Assembly: GCA_947626715.1 (NCBI GenBank)
Contig: CANQTG010000003.1
Location: forward strand, 2,707-66,706
Source: an uncultured Lachnospiraceae bacterium
GTDB taxonomy: Bacteria > Bacillota > Clostridia > Lachnospirales > Lachnospiraceae
Direction: 5' to 3'
Length of the DNA stretch: 64,000 nt
Both the position numbers and the translations under genes were made by a program. Each line of letters opens with the position of its first letter. The first letter of the stretch is position 1. This document shows positions 39,415-47,251 of the stretch, piece by piece. The notes under the pieces are model-generated. The model did no database searches. It worked only from the letters and a program-made list of their open reading frames with translations, and was not told the origin of the DNA.

Positions 39415-40137
39415 TCATTGCCGCACAAGCGCAAACACTCCGAAATCTGTCGTCGCAAATGTCAGCGTAGAGGGATCCGTATCAAGATCCTGTAACAGCG
39501 CGACCGCTCCTCCCGGCTGCACATTAATCACATAGTAGCTGCTCCCTGCCTGAACAAATTCTGCCGGAATGCCGATCGTAAACGCCACCGCCGTGTTCAG
39601 GTGCTGCACATTGGAATATTTTCCGCCTGCGTCAATCTTGCCAAGATTGATATCGAGCACCGGGCCCAGCGTGACGTTCAGCGCCGCAGCCGTATCGGCA
39701 ACGCATTTCTGCGCTTTCGGTCCGTATGCGCTTTGAAAAACTCTGACGCTCGCCGTCTCTCCGTTCTTCAGTCCAAGCGCCGCGTTTACCTCGGCCTTCT
39801 GGCTGACTACCGCCGCTCCGTTCACATTAGGCGCGTAGAATCTTCCCGATACCGTCGAGTTAATCGCCTGACCTCCGACGGTCACCTTACTTGTGGACGC
39901 TGCGGTCTGTCCGCTTGCAGAGCTCCCGCCTGAGCTTTTGCTGCTTGAGCTGTGACTGCTTGAGCTGTGGCTGCTCGAACTGTGGCTGCCGGAGCTGCTC
40001 TGTGAGCCGCTGCTTGCCGGGCCCATGGTAGAGTTTCCGCCCATGCTGCTTGCGCTGACTGCCATCGCAGACGACATCATAAGCGATAATGTCAGCGCGC
40101 ACATCAGGAACTTTTTCATGAATCTTCCTTTTACCAT
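39415..40137 (-). CDS. Secreted protein with Ser-rich linker, unknown function
   Basis: Signal peptide (KKFLMCALTLSLMMSSAMAVSA), Ser/His/Gly-rich segment, beta-rich C-terminal domain. Confidence 0.8.
   Translation of the reverse strand: MVKGRFMKKFLMCALTLSLMMSSAMAVSASSMGGNSTMGPASSGSQSSSGSHSSSSHSSSSHSSSSKSSGGSSASGQTAASTSKVTVGGQAINSTVSGRFYAPNVNGAAVVSQKAEVNAALGLKNGETASVRVFQSAYGPKAQKCVADTAAALNVTLGPVLDINLGKIDAGGKYSNVQHLNTAVAFTIGIPAEFVQAGSSYYVINVQPGGAVALLQDLDTDPSTLTFATTDFGVFALVRQ
39941..39985 (-). repeat. 15-bp coding tandem repeat x3 (HSSSS)
   Basis: ctgcttgagctgtga / ctgcttgagctgtgg / ctgctcgaactgtgg. Confidence 0.8.
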
Positions 40138-40256
40138 TGTGTTCTCCTCCTTTTCGATTCATTTCCGTTTTATTATAGCCCGATATCGGGCATTAGTCAA
40201 ATAAAATTTTAAACTTATGATAACAATAACAGAATCAATGAAAAAAGAGGGATTCC

Positions 40257-40466
40257 ATGATAAAATACGATAGGTTATGGCTCACCCTAAAGCAAAAGGG
40301 AATTTCACAATATCAGTTAATCAATAAATATGACGTCAGCACTGGACAGTTGGATCGATTGCGCAAAAATGAAAGCGTAAGCACCAATACGCTCGACAGG
40401 CTCTGCTCTATTCTGCACTGCGGTTTAGAGGATATCGCCACATACAGCCCGGATCCGCCCGATTGA
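40257..40466 (+). CDS. Cro/C1-type (XRE) HTH regulator
   Basis: 69 aa: ISQYQLI...STGQLDRLRKNESVSTNTLDRLCSILHCGLEDI. Confidence 0.88.
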   Translation: MIKYDRLWLTLKQKGISQYQLINKYDVSTGQLDRLRKNESVSTNTLDRLCSILHCGLEDIATYSPDPPD

Positions 40467-40468
40467 CG

Positions 40469-40735
40469 TCAGCCGCTCAACGCAGCCGTCAAAATACGGA
40501 TCCCGCACCGCAGCCCATCAATATAGGAAGCTTTTATTTCTTCTGCCATCAATTCCCAGTCCCTGTCCATCATTTCACAAAAATCCCTTTTCTGCTCCTC
40601 GTTCAGGGTACTGATAAAATCATCGTATTGCTTCATTGCGGCTGCCCTGATCTCATGAAACCGTTCTGCCGCCGCTTCCTTTCTCTCAGGCGGAAATACT
40701 TCTCCATCATACATTTTTTCAAGTATGCTCTTCAT
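40469..40735 (-). CDS. DUF6809-like small protein
   Basis: MKSILEKMYDGEVFP...F...L...Q...F..M.......E....YIDGLRCGIRIL. Start at 40735 (RBS AAGGAG). Confidence 0.65.
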   Translation of the reverse strand: MKSILEKMYDGEVFPPERKEAAAERFHEIRAAAMKQYDDFISTLNEEQKRDFCEMMDRDWELMAEEIKASYIDGLRCGIRILTAALSG

Positions 40736-40871
40736 TTTTTCTCCTTTCCCTGTATCTTCCCTTCTGCTCTCTGCAAAACCGTCCCGTATTTTGAAACTAT
40801 CACAGGAATGCGCAGGCGTAAACGCACGGCGCAGATTTTCGCTGCCGAGCGGCGCTCCGCGCACACAAAAA

Positions 40872-40897
40872 GCGGCTCCGCAGAAACACGGAGCCGC
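40872..40897 (-). terminator. Intrinsic terminator of the AmmeMemoRadiSam operon
   Basis: GCGGCTCCG-N8-CGGAGCCGC followed by TTTTT on the minus strand. Confidence 0.75.
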
Positions 40898-41006
40898 AGC
40901 ATATCGGAAAGCGCCGCCTAAAGCTATGCGGCTATGTTAGATGGAAAATGGCTTACGCCTCTATAGGCGGTGAATAACAGATTGGTATCAGCGGCAGGAT
41001 CCCCTC

Positions 41007-41837
41007 CTACACATTCCCCAGACAGACATGCAGCAGGCTCTCCTTCGCGATCCTTTGCAGGCGCTTTAGCACGGAGAGCTCCGTCGCCGGCCTTTTCATT
41101 CGATAGCGCGGGAAATAACGGGTGATATGCAGCGGGAGGGCGGGGCTGATCTGCGCGAGCCATTCCGCCTGCCGCCTCATATCCTCCGGGTCGTCGTTCA
41201 TTCCCGGTACGATCAGAGACGTCACCTCCACATGGCAGGCCGAAGCGGCCCTTTGGATAAACGCCTTCACCGTCTCCAGCTCCCCGCCGAGATACCGATA
41301 GATCTCCGGTCGAAAGCCCTTTAGATCAATATTCATCGCGTCGATCCACGGCAGTATCTCTTCCAGCGTCGAGGGCTCCGCCATACCGTTCGTCACAAGG
41401 ACATTCTGCATTCCCGCCCCGTGCGCCAGCCTTGCGGTGTCCCGCACATACTCATATCCCGCCAGCGGCTCGTTATAGGTAAACGCCACCCCGATATTTC
41501 CTCTGGCGCGTTCCTCCCACGCGAGGCCGCACAGCTCCTTTGGGGAAAGCTCATAAAACTGCGGAAAGTCCGCCTCCCTTCCCGCCGCGATCTCATGGTT
41601 TTGGCAAAATGGGCAGGACAGGGTGCAGCCAAAGCTCCCAACGGATAAGATTTTGCTGCCGGGGTGGAAAAAGGCAAGCGGTTTTTTCTCGATGGGATCC
41701 AGCGCCAGCGCGGTCAGCTTCCCATAATTGGCGCAGACGATCCTGCCGCCGTCGTTTTTCCTCGCGCCGCACCTGCCGTATGCGCCGTCGGGGATCTGGC
41801 AGTGATGAGGGCAGACCGGGCAGACTGCCTCAGGCAT
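41007..41837 (-). CDS. amrS: AmmeMemoRadiSam system radical SAM enzyme
   Basis: N-terminal CPVCPHHC...GRCGAR, DPIEKKPL, GCTLSCPFCQNHEI (CxxxCxxC), FTYNEP, NIDLKGF, LHITRYFP. Confidence 0.9.
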   Translation of the reverse strand: MPEAVCPVCPHHCQIPDGAYGRCGARKNDGGRIVCANYGKLTALALDPIEKKPLAFFHPGSKILSVGSFGCTLSCPFCQNHEIAAGREADFPQFYELSPKELCGLAWEERARGNIGVAFTYNEPLAGYEYVRDTARLAHGAGMQNVLVTNGMAEPSTLEEILPWIDAMNIDLKGFRPEIYRYLGGELETVKAFIQRAASACHVEVTSLIVPGMNDDPEDMRRQAEWLAQISPALPLHITRYFPRYRMKRPATELSVLKRLQRIAKESLLHVCLGNV

Positions 41838-42345
41838 GGCGGATCACCTCAAAGCGGTACAAAAGGACGTCCTTTTCCCCTTCGCGGATCCCGGCCTTTC
41901 GCTTTGCGATGGCAATCTGCTCCTCTACGCTGTCAACGCCCTCTAAATCGGGCAGAAGGAGCCCTCTTTGGTATCCCTTTTCCACGATAACGCCGTAGCG
42001 CTTTACGTCCAGCTCCTCCTTAGAGGCTATCCGCTCCGCCCCTCCCAGCACGTCCACGCTGATCTCTAACAGGGGCAGCTCCTCCCTTCTGACAGCGGGA
42101 AAGCGCGGATCGCTGACAGCCGCCGCGATCGCATTCCGAATGATCTCCTCTGCCAGCGTATCCCGCGTCGGCGCGATCGTCCCGATACAGCCGCGCAGCG
42201 CGCCGTTTTCATGGAGCGAGACAAAAGCGCCCGCCCGTCCCGTCTTCATCTCTTTTGTCAGCTCGTTTTCCTCCGGCCGGTATATCGACTTTTTCAAGAT
42301 ATACTCCCTGATCGTATTTTGGGCAAGCTGTGTGTACAGATCCAT
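41830..42345 (-). CDS. amrA: AmmeMemoRadiSam protein A (AMMECR1 domain)
   Basis: GAFVSLHENGALRGCIGT, NAIAAAVSDPRFP, GLLLPDL. ATG at 42345 overlaps the upstream TGA (TGATG). Confidence 0.9.
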   Translation of the reverse strand: MDLYTQLAQNTIREYILKKSIYRPEENELTKEMKTGRAGAFVSLHENGALRGCIGTIAPTRDTLAEEIIRNAIAAAVSDPRFPAVRREELPLLEISVDVLGGAERIASKEELDVKRYGVIVEKGYQRGLLLPDLEGVDSVEEQIAIAKRKAGIREGEKDVLLYRFEVIRHA

Positions 42346-43151
42346 CACTCTGCCTCCCTTCGGTGATAAATGCAAAATCCGTACCCGACCCCGAATACGG
42401 CCTCATGCGACAGCCGCCTGACCGTAAGGGCGGTCCCGTCGAACGCGCCGCCCATGATCGTAAAGGAACGGTGCCCGCATTCCATGCTTTCCTCTAAAAA
42501 TCCTTCTTGAAATCCGGTAAGCTCTCCGAACGCTCCCCGCCCCATGACCTCCATGATCTTTTGATCGTACAAAGGCCCCTGCGGGCGGTATCCGTAAGGG
42601 CCGTCCGCCTTCTGGCAATGGCTGAGATCCCCGCTCGCGATAAAAACGCAGCTTCTGCCGATCCCGTTTACCGCCCTTTGGATCAGCCTGCCAAATTCCC
42701 AATGCTTTTGCAGGGACAGGCCGGAAAGCCCGATCCTGACAAGGCGGTAATCCCGATATTCCCGATTGATAAAATAGAGCGGCACCATCGTCCCGTGGTC
42801 TAAGTCCTTTCTGCGCTCGCCTTCCATTCCCGCCGGAAAACCGACGCGCTCCGCCTCCAGCGCGATCCGCGCTGCCAGCTCTTTATCGTACTCGACGTTA
42901 AAACGCACCCGGCCCGCTCCGAACGCTTCCAAGCTCCCCTCTGCGCCGCTCCCCGGCGAGATATGAAAATAGTCCCTGTATAGGACGGCATGGGGCGAGG
43001 TCAGAAGGATCGTCTCAGGCCGGATCCTCGCGATATCCTTTGCGACCTCCGCAAAGGAATCCAGCGTAGCCTGTATCTTCCGTTCCTCCCCTTTCCCGAC
43101 CTCGCGCACGGCGATCGGGGGATGGGGAACCATATAACCCGCCAAAAGCAT
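42345..43151 (-). CDS. MEMO1/LigB-fold protein of the AmmeMemoRadiSam system
   Basis: MVPHPP, TSPH, LDHGTMVPLYF, IASGDLSH, ECGHRSF, FGVGYG. Confidence 0.85.
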   Translation of the reverse strand: MLLAGYMVPHPPIAVREVGKGEERKIQATLDSFAEVAKDIARIRPETILLTSPHAVLYRDYFHISPGSGAEGSLEAFGAGRVRFNVEYDKELAARIALEAERVGFPAGMEGERRKDLDHGTMVPLYFINREYRDYRLVRIGLSGLSLQKHWEFGRLIQRAVNGIGRSCVFIASGDLSHCQKADGPYGYRPQGPLYDQKIMEVMGRGAFGELTGFQEGFLEESMECGHRSFTIMGGAFDGTALTVRRLSHEAVFGVGYGFCIYHRREAE

Positions 43152-43339
43152 GAAAACGCCTCCTTCTTATCGTCTTTCCCCGCAAGACCCGCTTGCAAGT
43201 CTCTTCGCGTCTCTCCTATCCGCTATATGCAACAAGGGAGAACTTTCCGCCGCCGCGAAAGTCCCCCCCCTTTTTCTCTTTCTCTCAGCTTGTCCGCGCC
43301 GCCCGGCCCGTTCATCACGGCTCATTTTTAAAGCAGCCG

Positions 43340-43414
43340 CGCCAGCCGCCCACAGCGGCCTATGCCACAGGAGCCGCGCCGCACGCCCGCAGCGGCCTGT
43401 ACCGCAGGAGCCGC
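43340..43414. repeat. 37-bp imperfect tandem duplication, intergenic
   Basis: cagcggcct at 43353 and 43390; caggagccgc at 43368 and 43405. Confidence 0.65.
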
Positions 43415-43431
43415 CCGGCCTCCCGGACATT

Positions 43432-43779
43432 CTACGTCACCAAGAGCTTGATATCCTGCATGTCGGCTACCAGCTCCTTTGCCTGTTCGATCGCGGTATC
43501 ATGGATACATATGATAAAGATGATCTTTTCCTTTGTCTCGGAATCGAACATGCGCTTAAAAAATCCCTGTTCCTGCCATTTCACATAATAGGAGATCCGG
43601 TTCTGCAGCAAAAGCCGCTCGATCGCTTCCTTTTGCTTGATATTGTAGACCTTGCAGAACGCCACCTCGTTATTGACCTTAACGCTCGTCAGCTCGGTCG
43701 ATTCCGCGCCCCTCGTGCTGTTCGTTATCTGGTTCAAGCCCCGGCCGCCGCGCGAGCCGCCCGTTTTTAGATTTGCCAC
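43432..43779 (-). CDS. Hypothetical protein (115 aa)
   Basis: RBS GGAGG; natural composition; the C-terminal part resembles a small PII/DUF2007-like alpha/beta unit (weak). Confidence 0.7.
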   Translation of the reverse strand: MANLKTGGSRGGRGLNQITNSTRGAESTELTSVKVNNEVAFCKVYNIKQKEAIERLLLQNRISYYVKWQEQGFFKRMFDSETKEKIIFIICIHDTAIEQAKELVADMQDIKLLVT

Positions 43780-43835
43780 TGCTTTATGCCTCCAGCTCCC
43801 TGATCGTCAAACACCCTGCCGCAAGAATCGAAGCG

Positions 43836-44087
43836 TCAGCCAAAGAGCCTCGCCGCATTCATTCTCCCAAGCGCCATCTGAGAGGCTGCGATCCCGGCAA
43901 AGTCCCTGCTCTCTCCCGGCCTGAGCGGATTGGTATTTTCAGATGATTCAGAATGATGATACCCGATCTTACTCTCCAGCGCGTCATTCGGGATCGGACG
44001 GATCCTGTTCAGGCTCCTTGCGCTGATCTGATTGGTATTGTATACATAAGTCGGAAAATAATTCGGATAAACGGAACCGATACGCAT
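43836..44087 (-). CDS. Hypothetical protein (about 83 aa)
   Basis: RBS AAGGAG before ATG 44087; fills the gap between vanZ and the 115-aa gene. Confidence 0.6.
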   Translation of the reverse strand: MRIGSVYPNYFPTYVYNTNQISARSLNRIRPIPNDALESKIGYHHSESSENTNPLRPGESRDFAGIAASQMALGRMNAARLFG

Positions 44088-44122
44088 ATCTACCACTCCT
44101 TATAAGGCTCGGCGGCTGCCTT

Positions 44123-44608
44123 TTACCGCCGCCGTTTACAGATATCATACCACTTTATTTTTTCAACTGCAATCATAAATATCGTTCCTAAGACGGCTCC
44201 GGCGCAGTTTAGCAGGATATCGTCCACATCGAATTTCCCCAGCCCGCCAAAGAGCTGCGCCAGCTCGATCCCCGTCACAAAGGCCAAAAGCGACGGGAGA
44301 AAGAGCCGCTTTCCCCACCGCCCGGGAAAGCTCAGCCGGTACAGGATCCCGTACGGCACAAAGATCAGTACGTTGCCAAACAGATTTTCAAAGCTGTTTA
44401 GGCGTTTATAATACCGGATATACATCCGTATCGTCTTAAAGAGCGTAAGATTCGCTTCCCGCAGCCCCTGCGCGACAAGGCCCGCCTGCCAGCCCGTTAT
44501 CATATCCCGCAGCTCGCGGTACGGGTATTTGAACAGGATCAGGCGCAGAACGATCAGCGCATACAGAAAAAACGCCCACTTCCACTTACCAGATTCCCTT
44601 ATCTTCAT
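44123..44608 (-). CDS. VanZ family membrane protein
   Basis: NLTLFKTI, NLFGNVLIFVPYG, IELAQL, FDVDDILLNCAG. Confidence 0.9.
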   Translation of the reverse strand: MKIRESGKWKWAFFLYALIVLRLILFKYPYRELRDMITGWQAGLVAQGLREANLTLFKTIRMYIRYYKRLNSFENLFGNVLIFVPYGILYRLSFPGRWGKRLFLPSLLAFVTGIELAQLFGGLGKFDVDDILLNCAGAVLGTIFMIAVEKIKWYDICKRRR

Positions 44609-45371
44609 AAAAACTCCCGCTGTGATAGCAAACTTCCATCAAGGTCAGACCCTTTGCGGGAACCAGCTCCCCCGCATACTCCCTTGCTCCTCTCTCTAAG
44701 ATGTCCGTCATATCCTCCGGCCTTTTCTCCCCCGTGCCGACGGCGAGCAGCGTCCCCGTCAGTATCCTGACCATATGATACAAAAAGCCGTCGCCCTTAT
44801 ACGTCAGATCGACCTCGTCGCCCAGCCGCTCGATCTTGATCTCATAAAGCGTGCGCACCGTGGACTTTTTTCCCTTTTTCGCCGAGGTAAAGGCGCAGAA
44901 ATCATGCGTGCCGGTCAAAAGCCCGGCCGCCGCCCGCATGGCCGCTATGTCCAGACGAGCCGGAAATTCATAGACGTATCTTCTGTCAAATATATGCGGT
45001 ATCTCCGTATTCATGACACGGTAGCGATAGATCTTCCCCGCGGCGTTCAGCCTGCTGTGAAACCTAGCCGGCGCTTCCTCCACGGAAATGACGGCGATAT
45101 CCTCCGGCAGATACCGGTTCATATAGCAAAGGATCTCTTCACAGGAAAGCGCCGTCCGCGCATGAAAATTCGCCGTCTGCCCAAGCGCATGGACGCCGGC
45201 ATCCGTCCGCCCCGCGCCCTGCACCTGTACCGGAGCGCCCGTCATCTTCACAAGCAGCGCTTCCAGCTTTCCCTGAATGGTATTCCCGGTGCTCTCCTGC
45301 CGCTGCCAGCCCTGATAACGGGTGCCCTCATATTGCAGGATCAGTTTAAAATTACGCATTCCGTCACTCAT
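44586..45371 (-). CDS. truA: tRNA pseudouridine(38-40) synthase
   Basis: YEGTRYQGWQRQ, GAGRTDAGVHA, GTHDF..F, GFLYHMVRIL, PAKGLTL. Confidence 0.95.
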   Translation of the reverse strand: MSDGMRNFKLILQYEGTRYQGWQRQESTGNTIQGKLEALLVKMTGAPVQVQGAGRTDAGVHALGQTANFHARTALSCEEILCYMNRYLPEDIAVISVEEAPARFHSRLNAAGKIYRYRVMNTEIPHIFDRRYVYEFPARLDIAAMRAAAGLLTGTHDFCAFTSAKKGKKSTVRTLYEIKIERLGDEVDLTYKGDGFLYHMVRILTGTLLAVGTGEKRPEDMTDILERGAREYAGELVPAKGLTLMEVCYHSGSFYEDKGIW

Positions 45372-46527
45372 CGCCGTCTTTTAATACCTCTTTGTCCTCA
45401 TCGTCAAACCTGCGCGAACGCTCCAGACTCGCCCACAGTATCCGAAAACTGGTCTTGACCGTATCAAAAACGCCGGCGCGGTTCATATTGATCAGGATCA
45501 GACCGACCGGCACCGCCAAGATCATGCCCAGCACGCCCGCATACTGATAGCCGATAAACAATAGGATCAGGGTAGGCAGCGGGGCGATCCCGACGGAATC
45601 CCCCACGATCTTAGGCTGGATAATCTGCCGCACGAGCTGGCCGACGCCCCAGATCACCAAGAGCCAGACGGCCATCTTATAATCCGCGCTCAATATCTTG
45701 ATGAGCGCCCACGGGATCATGACCGCTCCCGTCCCGAAAAAGGGCAGAAAGTCCAGAATCGAGATCAAAAACGCCACAAACGGCCCGTAGGGGATACGCA
45801 GCAGCAAAAAACCGATCAGCATTAGCAGAAAGATCCACAGCTCGATCTTTAACTGCGCCTTTAAATAGCCTCCGACCGCGTTTTTCAGGCTTCCCGCAAC
45901 GATATGCCATTTGTCCCGAAACGCCTTAGGGATACAGCTCTGCCAGTATTGTCCTATCGTTTCCTTTTCCGCGATAAAAAAATACGCGGAAAGAATGCAC
46001 ATGACGATATTGAGCAGCGCGTTCGGGATATTTTTGGCAAAATTCCCCACCGCGCTGACCGTAGGCGTCCCAAAGCTCCCCACGATCCCGGCGACGTAAT
46101 CGTCCATCTGCCGCCCCATCTGCGTAATGCGCTCCTGCATATCCAGCGGAAGCTGCTCATAGAATACGCTCAGATTCTTCCCGATCTCTCCCAGATCCCG
46201 CTCCACGCTGCTCCACAGCGCGGGAAGAGAAGAGAGAAAGCCGATCCCCGCCGCGGCTAGGCGCGCCAGCAATAGATAGGCCGCCAGTATCACCAGCGCG
46301 ATCACCGATACGATCACGACCGCCGAGCCCGCCTTCCTGCGGATACGGAGCTTTTCTTCAAAAAAATGCACCAGCGGGTTCGCGACTGCGGCTATGAGCC
46401 AGCCGATGACGAACGGCAGGAAAAAGACCAGCGCCCGCGGCAGCAGAAAAACGCATACCACGAGCACCAAAAGCGCCCACGCCAGATTGAAAAACACCTT
46501 ACTGTATCGTTTAAACGGTTGCTTCAT
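45364..46527 (-). CDS. ytvI: Sporulation integral membrane protein (AI-2E family)
   Basis: FLPFVIGWLIA..ANPLV, GYLKAQL, LDFLPFFGTG, QIIQPKIVG. Confidence 0.88.
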   Translation of the reverse strand: MKQPFKRYSKVFFNLAWALLVLVVCVFLLPRALVFFLPFVIGWLIAAVANPLVHFFEEKLRIRRKAGSAVVIVSVIALVILAAYLLLARLAAAGIGFLSSLPALWSSVERDLGEIGKNLSVFYEQLPLDMQERITQMGRQMDDYVAGIVGSFGTPTVSAVGNFAKNIPNALLNIVMCILSAYFFIAEKETIGQYWQSCIPKAFRDKWHIVAGSLKNAVGGYLKAQLKIELWIFLLMLIGFLLLRIPYGPFVAFLISILDFLPFFGTGAVMIPWALIKILSADYKMAVWLLVIWGVGQLVRQIIQPKIVGDSVGIAPLPTLILLFIGYQYAGVLGMILAVPVGLILINMNRAGVFDTVKTSFRILWASLERSRRFDDEDKEVLKDGDE

Positions 46528-46641
46528 AGGCTTCCCCTTCCATTGGCTTTCTATCCGCTTCCTATCTACTTTCCCTTCTTTGGTGCAGGACCCGCCTGCA
46601 GATCCCGCGCGGGATCCGGGCCTGCTTTCGCAGACGTTTTC

Positions 46642-47250
46642 CTACTCCGATCGCTGCGTATCCTCCGCGGAGCATAAGCGGGAAAGCAGCGCATAGATCT
46701 CGTCCCGTCCCTGCTTCGTCTTCGCCGAAAAGGGGATCATGACCGTATCCGCCGGCGCTCCCAGCCCCTCGCGGATCTCCTTTAACTGCCTTGCGGTCTG
46801 GCTCCTTTTTATCTTATCCAGCTTGGTCGCGATAATGACCGGCCTGTAATCCTGCGCCGTGATCCAGTCGTACATGATCTTATCGTTGCCCGACGGCTTG
46901 TGCCGGATATCGACCAGCAGAAATACCGCCCGCAGCATGTCAGAGCCGTGCAGGTAGCGTTCTATCATCCTGCCCCATTTCGCCCGAATCTCTTCCGGCG
47001 CTTTGGCGTATCCGTAGCCCGGCAGGTCTACAAAATACAGCTCCCCGTTGACGTTATAAAAATTAATGGTCTGCGTCTTGCCCGGCTGCGCGCTCGTGCG
47101 CGCCAGCGACTTCCGGTTCATGAGCGCGTTGATCAAAGAGGATTTCCCGACGTTGCTCTTTCCCGCGAACGCGAACTCTGGCTTTTCATTCTTCGGCAGG
47201 ACGCTGGTAATGCCGCACACGGTCTCCAAAGCGGCGCTCTTAATCACCAT
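46642..47250 (-). CDS. engB: Ribosome biogenesis GTP-binding protein YihA/YsxC
   Basis: GKSNVGKSS, SAQPGKTQ, DLPGYG, TKLDK. Start at 47250, 1 nt after the lon stop. Confidence 0.95.
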   Translation of the reverse strand: MVIKSAALETVCGITSVLPKNEKPEFAFAGKSNVGKSSLINALMNRKSLARTSAQPGKTQTINFYNVNGELYFVDLPGYGYAKAPEEIRAKWGRMIERYLHGSDMLRAVFLLVDIRHKPSGNDKIMYDWITAQDYRPVIIATKLDKIKRSQTARQLKEIREGLGAPADTVMIPFSAKTKQGRDEIYALLSRLCSAEDTQRSE

Positions 47251-47251
47251 A

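Noticed and set aside
43152-43431. Possible SAM or other riboswitch upstream of the amr operon
   Set aside because: Only a simple hairpin and a 37-bp duplication; no aptamer consensus recognised.
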